Shown: positions 31,854 through 40,906 of the stretch, one piece after another
Numbering within the stretch: position 1 is the first letter of the stretch
How the letters are laid out: each line of letters opens with the position of its first letter
Source of the DNA: Verrucomicrobiota bacterium
Lineage (GTDB): Bacteria; Verrucomicrobiota; Verrucomicrobiia; Palsa-1439
Length of the DNA stretch: 64,000 bases
Reading direction: 5' to 3'
Assembly: GCA_016871575.1 (NCBI GenBank)
Contig: VHCW01000007.1
Coordinates: 19,616-83,615, forward strand
Notes under the pieces: model-generated
Database searches by the model: none
Told to the model about the DNA's origin: nothing
Seen by the model: only the letters and a program-made list of their open reading frames with translations
Program-made: the position numbers and the translations under genes

Positions 31854-33449
31854 CTAATCTTCTTTGGTCGGCTTGATGGCTTCGTAACGTTTGTCCAGCT
31901 CGTCGTGCTGCTTCTGCAATTCCTCGAACTTCCGCATCGCGGTGGCGCGCTGTTGCGGCGTGGCGTCGGCGGGCAATGCCAGCGCCTCTTTCATCTGGGC
32001 AGCGATGCCCATCATCTGCTTGGTCAACGCCATGCGCTGCGCCAACTGTTCGTAGGTAAACTTGGGTTCGTGTTTCACTACACGCGTCTTCTCCGGCCAG
32101 TACTGCCACGTCAACGCGCCGACAATCGCCAGCGTCATCAAAATACCGGCGGCGACTTTGCCGCCTTTGCCGGGTTTCGGCTCCGGCTCGGCGTTGGCGA
32201 GGTCTTCGTCAATGATCTTTGCCAGCTCGGGGTCGAGCGGGACGTTGGCTTTGCGGAGCGCGTGGAAGATGCGCGGGAAGCCGGGCAGGTGCGTCATCCA
32301 AAGTTTCAGTTTGCGCCCGTCCTTCATTCGGATGGCGATGCCGTAGGCTTCCTCGGAGGAACCGATGAGGATTGCGCCGAGCAACCGCCAGTTCAACAAG
32401 CCGATGAGGATGACGATAGTCTTCAGCCACGTCGGCCAGGCCCATTTGGCCGGTTCGATGGCTTCCATGTCGGCAAAAGCGTAGTCGCCGCCGCTGAGCA
32501 GCTTTCGAAGGCGGAGGCTGGTCGGGGTGATCTGCATCGTGAAACAGGCGTACCACAACGCCACGAACACGGCGGCCAGCCCGTGGCAGGCCAGCAGCCA
32601 CATCACCAGCGTCAACGGCCACCAACCGTTGGTGAACCCGAACAGGTCCGGCGGCTCCGAGCCGAAGGTGTTGGTCATGATGACGAGCATGGGCAACGTG
32701 AAGAAGAACACGGTCATGAATGCGCCAAGAAAATCGGGGCCGACCATCGCGCGGCCGGTGCTGTAGCGGAGTTCGTCAGGGCCTTTGCGGTACCACGGGA
32801 TGGCGGCGTAGGCGAGCAGGCCGAGGATGAAAAGCCAGGCGGCGTGTTTGCGGAGCGGGTAGAGCAGCCAGTTCGGCGCGTCGCGGAAGGCCGACTGCGG
32901 GCGTTGGTAAAGAACTTCGATGTAGCGGAGCTTGTCGCCGTCGCGCATCGCGACGTAGGTGAAGAGGTTGTTGTCGTCGAGCTTGGATTGCAACTCCTTC
33001 AACGGGCCATGGCCGGTGTTGAAGTAAAGCATGTAGAGGCTGGAGTGGCGGTCAACGTCGAGGTGGCGGGCGAACGTCGTGGTCTTGCCGGCGAGGGTTT
33101 GATCCACATCATTGAAGAACTGCGACCACTCGTTGCCGGAAACTTCGATGAGACTATTCTTGGTCTTCTTCTCGATGTACTGTTCCAGCGTGAGCGTCGG
33201 CGCGGTATTGATGGTGGGATCGTTCGGGTCGAGTTCCATGCCGCTGACCCGGCTCATCATCCGGATGTCGTTGCGCATCCGCGCGCCTTCCTGTTTCTGG
33301 CGCTTGGCGAAATTCACGTCGCGGACGCGAAAGAGCGCGTCGGCCGGTTTCACGATGGCCCAGGCGGTCAGCAGCACACCGCCGAGAAGGCAGAGTCGGC
33401 GGAGAATCTCCAGAGCGCGTTTCGGTCCAAAGTTACTCATCTCATTCAT
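31854..33449 (-). CDS. Multi-pass membrane protein of unknown function
   Basis: ORF 31854..34112 is trimmed to ATG 33449 (MNEMSNFGPKRALEILRRLCLLGGVLLTAWAIV). The upstream part of the ORF is antisense to moxR. There are several hydrophobic helices (WLFILGLLAYAAIPW, FMTVFFFTLPMLVIM, LTLVMWLLACHGLAAVFVALWY, WLKTIVILIGLL, VAAGILMTLAIVGAL) and a helical, charged C-terminus. Confidence 0.7.
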   Translation of the reverse strand: MNEMSNFGPKRALEILRRLCLLGGVLLTAWAIVKPADALFRVRDVNFAKRQKQEGARMRNDIRMMSRVSGMELDPNDPTINTAPTLTLEQYIEKKTKNSLIEVSGNEWSQFFNDVDQTLAGKTTTFARHLDVDRHSSLYMLYFNTGHGPLKELQSKLDDNNLFTYVAMRDGDKLRYIEVLYQRPQSAFRDAPNWLLYPLRKHAAWLFILGLLAYAAIPWYRKGPDELRYSTGRAMVGPDFLGAFMTVFFFTLPMLVIMTNTFGSEPPDLFGFTNGWWPLTLVMWLLACHGLAAVFVALWYACFTMQITPTSLRLRKLLSGGDYAFADMEAIEPAKWAWPTWLKTIVILIGLLNWRLLGAILIGSSEEAYGIAIRMKDGRKLKLWMTHLPGFPRIFHALRKANVPLDPELAKIIDEDLANAEPEPKPGKGGKVAAGILMTLAIVGALTWQYWPEKTRVVKHEPKFTYEQLAQRMALTKQMMGIAAQMKEALALPADATPQQRATAMRKFEELQKQHDELDKRYEAIKPTKED

Positions 33450-33542
33450 TGGGTACACTCCAGGTTCAAGATGCGCGCGAGTATAGCGCGGAAAATTATG
33501 CTCGCAAGACTGGAATGAGTTGTTTACAAGAGACACTCGACT

Positions 33543-34583
33543 ATGGAGCCAATCCAGCAAAAATCCCACGACGGACAGCAAGACGTTGCGCTGGCGCAAA
33601 CGTTGGTCGCCGCCTACCAGAAGGTCACCGGCGAACTCAGCAAACTCATCGTCGGCCAGAACGAGGTCATCGAGCAGTTGATGATCGCCATCCTCGCGCG
33701 CGGCCATTGCCTCTTGGAGGGCGTGCCGGGACTGGCGAAGACGTTGATGGTGCGCGGGCTGGCGCAGGTGATGGATCTGAAGTTTCGACGGATCCAGTTC
33801 ACGCCGGACCTGATGCCCGCCGACATCACCGGCACCGAGGTCATTTACGAGGACTCCGCGACGGGGAAACGGAACCTGACATTCTTGCCGGGGCCGTTGT
33901 TCGCACAGATGATTCTCGCCGATGAAATCAACCGCACGCCGCCGAAGACGCAGTCGGCCCTGCTCGAAGCAATGCAGGAACACTCGATCACCATCGGCGG
34001 CAAGACCTATCCGCTGACCGAGCCGTTCTTCGTGCTGGCGACGCAGAACCCCATCGAACAGGAAGGCACGTATCCCCTGCCCGAGGCGCAACGCGACCGG
34101 TTCCTTTTCCACGTCAAAGTCACCTACCCGAACCGCGAACAGGAACGCGAGATCGTCGGTCGCACCACCAGTGCGTTCGAGACGACGATGTTACCGGTCA
34201 TCACGGGGCCGGAAATCATCGCGTGCCAGACGCTCGTGCGTCGCGTGCCGGTGCCGGACCATGTAATGGATTTCGTGCTGGACCTCGTCCGCTGCACGCG
34301 ACCAAAGGAGGCCGACCAGAAACTGTCGTTCGTGAAGGAACTCGTCGAGTGGGGCGCCGGGCCGCGCGCGTGCCAGTACCTCACGCTCGGCGGCAAGGTC
34401 CGCGCCGTGTTGCAGGGACGGTTCCACGTGACCATTGACGACATCGAGGCGATTGCGCAGCCCGTGTTGCGCCACCGCGTGATCCCGACGTTCAACGCCG
34501 AGGCCGAGGGCATCAACGTGGATGAAATCATTGACCGCATCCTCAAGGCAGTGCCCCGCGGCACGCCGGCCAACGTATTGTGA
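33543..34583 (+). CDS. moxR: MoxR-family AAA+ ATPase
   Basis: It has Walker A-like [11 protein letters not shown] and Walker B ILADEINR, plus ...LEAMQE..ITI.G....[28 protein letters not shown]. Confidence 0.95.
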   Translation: MEPIQQKSHDGQQDVALAQTLVAAYQKVTGELSKLIVGQNEVIEQLMIAILARGHCLLEGVPGLAKTLMVRGLAQVMDLKFRRIQFTPDLMPADITGTEVIYEDSATGKRNLTFLPGPLFAQMILADEINRTPPKTQSALLEAMQEHSITIGGKTYPLTEPFFVLATQNPIEQEGTYPLPEAQRDRFLFHVKVTYPNREQEREIVGRTTSAFETTMLPVITGPEIIACQTLVRRVPVPDHVMDFVLDLVRCTRPKEADQKLSFVKELVEWGAGPRACQYLTLGGKVRAVLQGRFHVTIDDIEAIAQPVLRHRVIPTFNAEAEGINVDEIIDRILKAVPRGTPANVL

Positions 34584-35476
34584 GTCGTCCGTCTGATTTT
34601 CTGACACCGGCCGACCTGCAGAAAATCAGCAACCTGCAGGTGCTCGCCCGTCTTGTCGTCGAGGGCTTCTGCTCCGGCCTGCACACCTCGCCGCACAAGG
34701 GCTTCAGTGTCGAGTTCCGCGAACACCGCCAATACGTCCAAGGCGACGAAATCCGGCGGCTCGACTGGAAGGTCTTCGGCAAGAGCGACCGCCTCTACAT
34801 CAAGGAGTACGAGGAGGAAACGAACCTGCGCGCGACGTTGCTGGTGGATGTCAGCGGCTCGATGTCCTACGCCGGCAACGGCGTCAGCAAATACCAGTAC
34901 GCCATCCGCCTCGCGGCGTGCCTGTCATACCTGATGTTGCGGCAGGCCGACAGCGTCGGGCTGGTGACGTTCGACGAAAAAATCCGCCACTACATCCCGC
35001 CGCGGTCGCGCCCGAACCATTTGCGAATGCTGCTCGACGCGCTTCAGGACACCACTCCCGGCGGCGAGACCGAGTTGGGGAAAGTGTTTCACCAGCTCGT
35101 CCCGAAAATCCACCGGCGCGGCCTGCTCGTCATTTTCTCCGACTGTTTCGGCAACGTGACGGAACTGATGTCGGCGCTGGCGCATTTCCGTCACGCACGC
35201 CACGACATCGTCATCTTCCAGATCTGTGACCCGGACGAACTGGAGTTTCCCTTCAAGCAATGGACCCGTTTCGACTCGCTGGAAGCCGAGGCTGACAAGC
35301 GGTTGCTCGACCCCGTCCAGCTTCGTTCCGTCTATCTGGAGAACCTGGACAAGTTCCGCCAGGACCTCAAGGAAGGTTGTCACCGCCACCGGATTGACCT
35401 CGTGCCGATGACGACTGACAAACCGTACGCCGAAGCGCTGGCGTACTATCTCGCCCGCCGGATGAAGACCGCATGA
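34580..35476 (+). CDS. DUF58 (vWA-like) protein, MoxR partner
   Basis: The GTG start overlaps the moxR stop. The DUF58 signature is present: [57 protein letters not shown]. Confidence 0.9.
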   Translation: MSRPSDFLTPADLQKISNLQVLARLVVEGFCSGLHTSPHKGFSVEFREHRQYVQGDEIRRLDWKVFGKSDRLYIKEYEEETNLRATLLVDVSGSMSYAGNGVSKYQYAIRLAACLSYLMLRQADSVGLVTFDEKIRHYIPPRSRPNHLRMLLDALQDTTPGGETELGKVFHQLVPKIHRRGLLVIFSDCFGNVTELMSALAHFRHARHDIVIFQICDPDELEFPFKQWTRFDSLEAEADKRLLDPVQLRSVYLENLDKFRQDLKEGCHRHRIDLVPMTTDKPYAEALAYYLARRMKTA

Positions 35477-35484
35477 GCAGAAAA

Positions 35485-35597
35485 CTCGAAATCCGAAATC
35501 CGAAATCCGAAACAATGAACGGCAAATCCGAATCGGAAAATTGCCGCTTTCGGTCATTCGGATTTGTTTCGGATTTCGAGATTCGAATTTCGGATTT
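35485..35597. repeat. Intergenic hairpin repeat element built from CGAAATC heptamers
   Basis: The left arm ctCGAAATCCGAAATCCGAAATCCGAAACAA (35485-35515) pairs with the right arm TTGTTTCGGATTTCGag (35564-35580). An inner stem CGGCAA...TTGCCG lies at 35520-35546. Further heptamer-like units extend to 35597. The element fills the DUF58-BatA spacer. Confidence 0.85.
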
Positions 35598-35606
35598 ACG
35601 CCGCCC

Positions 35607-37793
35607 ATGACTTTCCTCAACGCCATACTTCTCGGCGGTCTCGCGGCGGCGAGCATTCCGATCATCATTCATCTGCTCCACAAGAACCGGTTCAAAGTCG
35701 TCAAGTGGGCCGCGATGCACCTGCTCGAACCGCTCCAGCGCAAACGACGCCGGCGAATCCAGATCGAACAGCTTCTGCTCCTGCTCGTGCGCTGCCTGAT
35801 CCCGGCAACGCTTGCGCTGTTGATGGCGCGGCCCGTCCTGACCGGGATGCGGGCGCTGATGGGCGCGGCAAAAACCTCCATCGTCATCGCGCTCGACAAT
35901 TCCTACTCAATGGACGCCGGCACAAAGAACCGCAGCACATTCACCGAGGCGCGCGACACCGCCGGCCAGATCATCCGTCATCTGGGGCGCGGCTCCGAGG
36001 TCGGCGTCGTCTTGATGGGCGGCGCGCCGGCGCCGTTGCTGGATGAACCGACGTACAACACCGACCGCGCCGACCGCGAGTTGCGCAAGCTCCAAAGCGG
36101 TTATGGTTCCGCCGCCGCGCCGGCGTCGCTGGAACTCGGCGCCGGGATGCTCGGCAAGATGCACGAAGTCCAGCGCGAACTGGTCGTCATCAGCGATTTC
36201 CAAAAAATCAGTTGGGGTCAGGCCGAGGACGCCGAGCGCGCCCGCGTGGCCATGTTGCTCAAGAAACTTCCCCTGACGCCGCGGGTCACGTTCATCCACG
36301 TTGGGCGCGAGGACAAAAACAACGTCAGCGTCCAGTCGCTCGATTTTTCACGGTTCCTGCTTGGCGTCGGCCAGCGGTTCCAAGTCCGCGCCAACCTCAA
36401 GAACCACGGCGAGACCGCCTATCAAAATCTGCGCGTTTATTTCAAGGTGGACAACCAAGAGCGCGGCATCACCCAGATTGCGCTCGGTCCGCACGAGACC
36501 GGGCAGGTCCTTTTCACGCACACCTTTGAAACCGCCGGGTCGCACGTCATCGCCGTGGAAACCGACGCGCCCGATTTGCTGAAACAGGACAACGCACTGC
36601 TCGCAGCCGTGCCGGTCTGGGACTCGCTTCCCGTGCTGCTCGTCAACGGCAATCCCGGCCGCGGTCCGCTCGAAGGCGAAACCGACTTCCTCGAAATCGC
36701 CCTCCGCCCCTATGCGTCCACCAAGGGCACGCTTGCCGACCTCGTCACCACGACCGTCATCGCGCCGAACGGCCTGAACGCCGCCGCGCTCAAGGACAAA
36801 CGCGTCGTGGTCCTCGCCAACGTTGCCGAACTTTCGCGAAACCACCTCAAACTGCTCGAAGATTTTGTCCACACCGGCGGCGGCCTCCTCGTCTTCCCCG
36901 GCGACCGCATCAAGACCGCCTGGTACAACACGCAGTTCCACGCCGACGGCAACGGATTGTTGCCGTGGCGGCTTGCGACGCTCGAAGGCAGCCTCGACGA
37001 CAACGCGCCGCACGCTGCCATTCTCGTCCAGCATTTCGAACATCCCGCGCTTTCCCTGTTCAACGACCCGCGCCACGGCAATCTCGCCGCCGCCACTGTG
37101 CGTCTCTGGTACAAATTCTCCGAAAGCGGGAGCCCCGCTCCGAGCGGGGCGGCCAAGACCAACGGCGCGCCCTTCGTCCTCGCCCGCCTCAGCACCGGCG
37201 ATCCGTACCTGATCGAGAAAAAATTCGGCGAGGGAACCGTCATCGTCAGCAGCGTGCCGTGCAGCGCCGGCTGGTCGAACCTGCCGATGCGTCCCGTCTA
37301 TCTGCCGTTGATGCAGCAACTCGTGACGTATCTCGCCGCGAAGTTCGCCCCGCCGCGCAACGTTGACATTGGCCAGCCGCTCATTGCCGTGTTGCCTGCC
37401 GCGCTCAGCGGCAAGACGCTGGAATTGTCCGATCCCGACGGGCGCAAACACAAGCTCATCGTCAAGTCCGCCGGCGGACGCGCGCTCGCCACGTTCACCG
37501 ACACGCGCCGGCCCGGCCTGTACATCCTCGAACTGCCGGACAAGACGCCAGTGCATTTCGTCGTCAACACCACGCGGGCCGAGTCCGACCTCGCGCAATT
37601 GACCGCCGACGAAATCAAGGCCGTCGCCAAGCCATTCAACGCCGATGTCGTTCGCAGTTGGGACGAATATCGCCGGCTCGAACAACGCCGCCGCTACGGG
37701 CGCGACCTCTGGCGTCCGTTGCTCTGGGCGCTGCTCGGCCTCGTCTTCGTCGAGATGGCGCTCCAACAACGCATCACGAGGAGCAAACGATGA
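35607..37793 (+). CDS. BatA-like membrane protein (N-terminal double-TM aerotolerance-regulator domain + vWA domain)
   Basis: ORF 35541..37793 is trimmed to ATG 35607 (MTFLNAILLGGLAAASIPIIIHLLHKNRF, the BatA_N signature). There is a second TM helix, a vWA MIDAS-like IALDNSYSM, and a C-terminal TM helix. Confidence 0.85.
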   Translation: MTFLNAILLGGLAAASIPIIIHLLHKNRFKVVKWAAMHLLEPLQRKRRRRIQIEQLLLLLVRCLIPATLALLMARPVLTGMRALMGAAKTSIVIALDNSYSMDAGTKNRSTFTEARDTAGQIIRHLGRGSEVGVVLMGGAPAPLLDEPTYNTDRADRELRKLQSGYGSAAAPASLELGAGMLGKMHEVQRELVVISDFQKISWGQAEDAERARVAMLLKKLPLTPRVTFIHVGREDKNNVSVQSLDFSRFLLGVGQRFQVRANLKNHGETAYQNLRVYFKVDNQERGITQIALGPHETGQVLFTHTFETAGSHVIAVETDAPDLLKQDNALLAAVPVWDSLPVLLVNGNPGRGPLEGETDFLEIALRPYASTKGTLADLVTTTVIAPNGLNAAALKDKRVVVLANVAELSRNHLKLLEDFVHTGGGLLVFPGDRIKTAWYNTQFHADGNGLLPWRLATLEGSLDDNAPHAAILVQHFEHPALSLFNDPRHGNLAAATVRLWYKFSESGSPAPSGAAKTNGAPFVLARLSTGDPYLIEKKFGEGTVIVSSVPCSAGWSNLPMRPVYLPLMQQLVTYLAAKFAPPRNVDIGQPLIAVLPAALSGKTLELSDPDGRKHKLIVKSAGGRALATFTDTRRPGLYILELPDKTPVHFVVNTTRAESDLAQLTADEIKAVAKPFNADVVRSWDEYRRLEQRRRYGRDLWRPLLWALLGLVFVEMALQQRITRSKR

Positions 37794-37797
37794 AGAT

Positions 37798-37901
37798 GAA
37801 ATCCGAAATCCGAAGCACGAAATCCGAAACAATCTCGAAATTCGAATTTTCGAATTTTGGTAATTCGGATTTGTTTCGGATTTCGGATTTCGGATTTCGA
37901 G
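37798..37901. repeat. Second intergenic hairpin repeat element built from CGAAATC heptamers
   Basis: The left arm GAAATCCGAAATCCGAAgcaCGAAATCCGAAACAA (37798-37832) pairs with the right arm TTGTTTCGGATTTCGGATTTCGGATTTCgag (37871-37901). The central part also has a 7-nt period (tcgaaat tcgaatt ttcgaat). Confidence 0.85.
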
Positions 37902-37908
37902 TTTTCCT

Positions 37909-40344
37909 ATGACACGCACTGTCACAGATTTGCGTTTTCTCGGCGACTGGAGCCTCTGGTTCGCTGTTGTGATTGCGCTGGCGCTCGCCGGGGCCGCGTG
38001 GTGGTTCTACCGGCGCGAGACGCGCGCGCAGGAAGGACGGGCGCGTTGGTTATTGCCGCTGTTGCGGTCGCTGGTCGTATTTTTCCTCGTGCTGATGTTG
38101 GCGGGACCGGTGTTGCACCACCGGCGAACCGTCGGCGACTTGGCGCGCGTGCTCGTGTTTGTGGACGCCTCAAAAAGCGTGGGCGTGACCGATGAATTCA
38201 TGGATCCGGGTCGCAAGCTGATCGTGGCCACCGCCTACGGCTGGCTTCGCGAAGGCGTTCTGCCGGCCAACCGGTTCGGCACCGCCGTGAAACCGGAGTT
38301 GCTCACGAACGAAGTCGTCGTGTCGGCGTTCCAGAAGTTCGACGGCGCGACACGTTGGCAACGGATGGAGTCGTTGTTGCTCAGCGAACACGACGGCCTG
38401 CTGCCGCGTCTGTCGAAGAAACACAACGTCGAGTTGTGGGCGCTCAGCGGCATCGAATCACACCGGCTCTGGAGCGCCGAACAGGGCGTGCCGTTGCCTC
38501 GGTTGTTGCCGGCCAAACCAGACGGCGACGCCACGGATCTCAGCGATGCCGTCACGGCGCGCATCGGCCAGAAGACGCACGAGCGTTGCGTGGTTGTGTT
38601 GCTTTCCGACGGCCAGCACAATCTCGGCAGTCCGCCGCTGGAAACCGCCAAGATAGCCGGCGGCCGCAACATCCCGATCTTCACGGTCGGCATCGGCGCC
38701 ATTGAGCGGCCGCCCGACCTCGCCGTGACTGCTGTCACGGCGGCGGACTCGGTGTTCGTCGATGATCGCCTCCGGGGCGAGCTCACGCTCAAGGACGACA
38801 TGCCGGCGGGGCAGGCGTTCAGCATCCGCATCGAGGAAGGCGCGCAGTTGGTGTGGGAGAAACCGTTCATCACCGAGCGCGGGCATCTTCGGAAAATCGA
38901 GTTCGATTTCCCCATCAAGGACCTCGTCGAGGCCAGGAAAAAAGCCGCCGAGCACACGACGTTCACAAGCCTGCCGCTGGCGTTCAAGGTCAGCATCACG
39001 CCGCTGGCCGGCGAGAAGGACGCCACGAACAACACGACGACATTCCGCGCGCGCGCCGTCACGCAACGCCGCAAACTGCTCCTGCTCGACGGCCGGCCGC
39101 GCTGGGAGTTCCGGTACCTCCGGAACATGTTTGAACGCGACCCGCAATGGGAAGTCAACGCGCTCGTCGCGGGCACTGAACTGACCGACGTGTGGGAGCG
39201 CGGCGACAGGGCCGGCCAGTTCCCGGCGTCGCGCGAGGCGTTGTTCGCCTGCGACCTCATCGGGTTCGGCGAAGTGCCGGCGCGGTTGCTCCGGCAAGAG
39301 GAACTCGACTGGATCAAGGAATTTGTCGGCACGCGCGGCGGCGGATTGTTTTTCGTGGACGGCCAGCGCGAGTTGTTGCGGAGTTATGCGCAAGGGCCGC
39401 TCGGCGCGCTGTTGCCCGTCGAGTGGCTTGCGCGCGGCGGACGGGAGTTGCCGAGCGCCATCGAGTTGACCGCGCGCGGCGCGGCATTCGGGGCGATGCG
39501 GTTTCTCAGCGACCCGAAGGAAAACGCCGCCGTCTGGCGAAGCCTGAAACCGCCGCACTGGCTCGCAACGGTGCGCGCGCTGCCCGGCTCGGAAACGCTC
39601 CTTGACGGCGTTGTGGGCGGACAAAAGTTTCCGGTGGTCGTGCTGCGTCCGTTCGGCGCCGGCAAAGCGTTGTATCTCGGCACCGACGAAACATGGCGCT
39701 GGCGCTACGATGTCGCCGACAAATATCACGACCCGTTCTGGCACCAGATCGCCGCCGCCATCATGGAGCCACCGTATGCCGTGCGCGACAAGAACGTCGC
39801 GCTCGACGCCGGCACGGTGAACTATCTGGCGGGCGACACTGCGGAGTTGCGGGTGCGGTTGCGCGACGACCGTGGTCGCGCTGTCACGAAGGGACATCCC
39901 GCGGCGTTGTTGTTCCGCGACGGCCAACGGGTCGCCACGATTACGCTCAGCGCCGACGACAACACCGGCGGGGCGTTTCGCGGCAAAACAGGGCCGCTCG
40001 CGCCGGGTTCTTACGAAGTCCGCGTGGACGCGCGCGGCCTCGTTCCCCAAATCGGCGATCTGCGGGCCGAGTTTCACGTGCAATCGCGCGGCGGCGATGC
40101 CGCCCGCGAGATGGCCAATCTCAACTGCAACGAGGAACTTCTCCAGCAGATGGCGCGCGCCAGCGGCGGCGAACACTGGCGTGAAGAAGACGGCGCGCGG
40201 CTCGTCGAAAAACTCGAACCAATGAGCAAAGGCCGCATCGAGGAGTCCGAGACGATCCTCTGGCAGAGTTGGTGGTGGTTCGTGCCCATCATCGCCCTGT
40301 TGACCGTCGAATGGTTCCTGCGAAAACGGAGCGGTCTGATATGA
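37909..40344 (+). CDS. Membrane-anchored vWA-like protein of the MoxR/Bat-type cluster
   Basis: 811 aa. It has two N-terminal TM helices (WSLWFAVVIALALAGAAWWF, LLRSLVVFFLVLMLAGPVL), a DxSxS-like VFVDASKSVGV, and a C-terminal TM helix (WWWFVPIIALLTVEWFL). Confidence 0.75.
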   Translation: MTRTVTDLRFLGDWSLWFAVVIALALAGAAWWFYRRETRAQEGRARWLLPLLRSLVVFFLVLMLAGPVLHHRRTVGDLARVLVFVDASKSVGVTDEFMDPGRKLIVATAYGWLREGVLPANRFGTAVKPELLTNEVVVSAFQKFDGATRWQRMESLLLSEHDGLLPRLSKKHNVELWALSGIESHRLWSAEQGVPLPRLLPAKPDGDATDLSDAVTARIGQKTHERCVVVLLSDGQHNLGSPPLETAKIAGGRNIPIFTVGIGAIERPPDLAVTAVTAADSVFVDDRLRGELTLKDDMPAGQAFSIRIEEGAQLVWEKPFITERGHLRKIEFDFPIKDLVEARKKAAEHTTFTSLPLAFKVSITPLAGEKDATNNTTTFRARAVTQRRKLLLLDGRPRWEFRYLRNMFERDPQWEVNALVAGTELTDVWERGDRAGQFPASREALFACDLIGFGEVPARLLRQEELDWIKEFVGTRGGGLFFVDGQRELLRSYAQGPLGALLPVEWLARGGRELPSAIELTARGAAFGAMRFLSDPKENAAVWRSLKPPHWLATVRALPGSETLLDGVVGGQKFPVVVLRPFGAGKALYLGTDETWRWRYDVADKYHDPFWHQIAAAIMEPPYAVRDKNVALDAGTVNYLAGDTAELRVRLRDDRGRAVTKGHPAALLFRDGQRVATITLSADDNTGGAFRGKTGPLAPGSYEVRVDARGLVPQIGDLRAEFHVQSRGGDAAREMANLNCNEELLQQMARASGGEHWREEDGARLVEKLEPMSKGRIEESETILWQSWWWFVPIIALLTVEWFLRKRSGLI

Positions 40345-40355
40345 CGACGCTTCGC

Positions 40356-40631
40356 TTACTGCCGGTAAATGTCGTGGGAGCCGATGTCAACCGTTACGAC
40401 CACATCGTCCTCGACGTAAAAGACCACGCGCAGGTCAGCTTCGACCTCAACCGCATGGATGGTGCGGTGAAACTGCGCCGACAGACGGTGAATCTTGTGG
40501 GGACGCAACCGAGGATCAAACGGGTTTTCCCGAAAGATTCTCCACGCACGGCGGACGGCGTCCTTTTGGCTGGACGACAACGCGTAGAAGCTTTCCCAAA
40601 ACCGGTGCGTGGGTTTGTAGCGGTAGCTCAC
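40356..40631 (-). CDS. RelE/ParE-superfamily toxin
   Basis: 91 aa. The sequence ...NPFDPRLRPHKIHRLSAQFHRTIHAVEVEADLRVVFYVEDDVVVTVDIGSHDIY is the typical RelE/ParE C-terminal core. There is a 4-nt overlap with the upstream small ORF. Confidence 0.75.
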   Translation of the reverse strand: MSYRYKPTHRFWESFYALSSSQKDAVRRAWRIFRENPFDPRLRPHKIHRLSAQFHRTIHAVEVEADLRVVFYVEDDVVVTVDIGSHDIYRQ

Positions 40632-40828
40632 TTCGCGGAACGCGGTGGCGGTTTGGCTCCGCTGAGGACTGTCTCCATGTCAACAAAACGGCCAGCCTCG
40701 GCGTCCGCCATGCCCTGTTTGAACTCTTCCGGAATCCAGTCGTCCTGTGCCAGCACGAACTTGCTGACTTCCGCCCGTTCGTCCGGCGGCAACGACTTGA
40801 TCTGCTCGATGACTTCTTGCGCGCTCAT
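40628..40828 (-). CDS. Putative antitoxin (addiction-module component-like)
   Basis: ORF 40628..40900. The likely start is MSAQEVIEQIKSLPPDERAEVSKFVL..., which resembles the small helical antitoxin family with an LSPxER motif. It is translationally coupled to the toxin. Confidence 0.6.
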   Translation of the reverse strand: MSAQEVIEQIKSLPPDERAEVSKFVLAQDDWIPEEFKQGMADAEAGRFVDMETVLSGAKPPPRSAK

Positions 40829-40906
40829 CACGACACAAACTGCCACAAAACATTTCACCCGGCAAGCATTGAAACCTGCCACCGTCACAGGTAACTTCAC
40901 TTCAAG

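Noticed and set aside
33450-34112. Upstream 221 aa of ORF 31854-34112
   Set aside because: This part is antisense to the well-supported moxR gene and has shadow-ORF composition. The ATG at 33449 precedes a plausible membrane anchor.
35485-37901. CRISPR-array interpretation of the repeated CGAAATC tracts
   Set aside because: The units are 7 nt with no spacers. They are arranged as inverted arms rather than direct 25-40-nt repeats, and no cas genes lie nearby.
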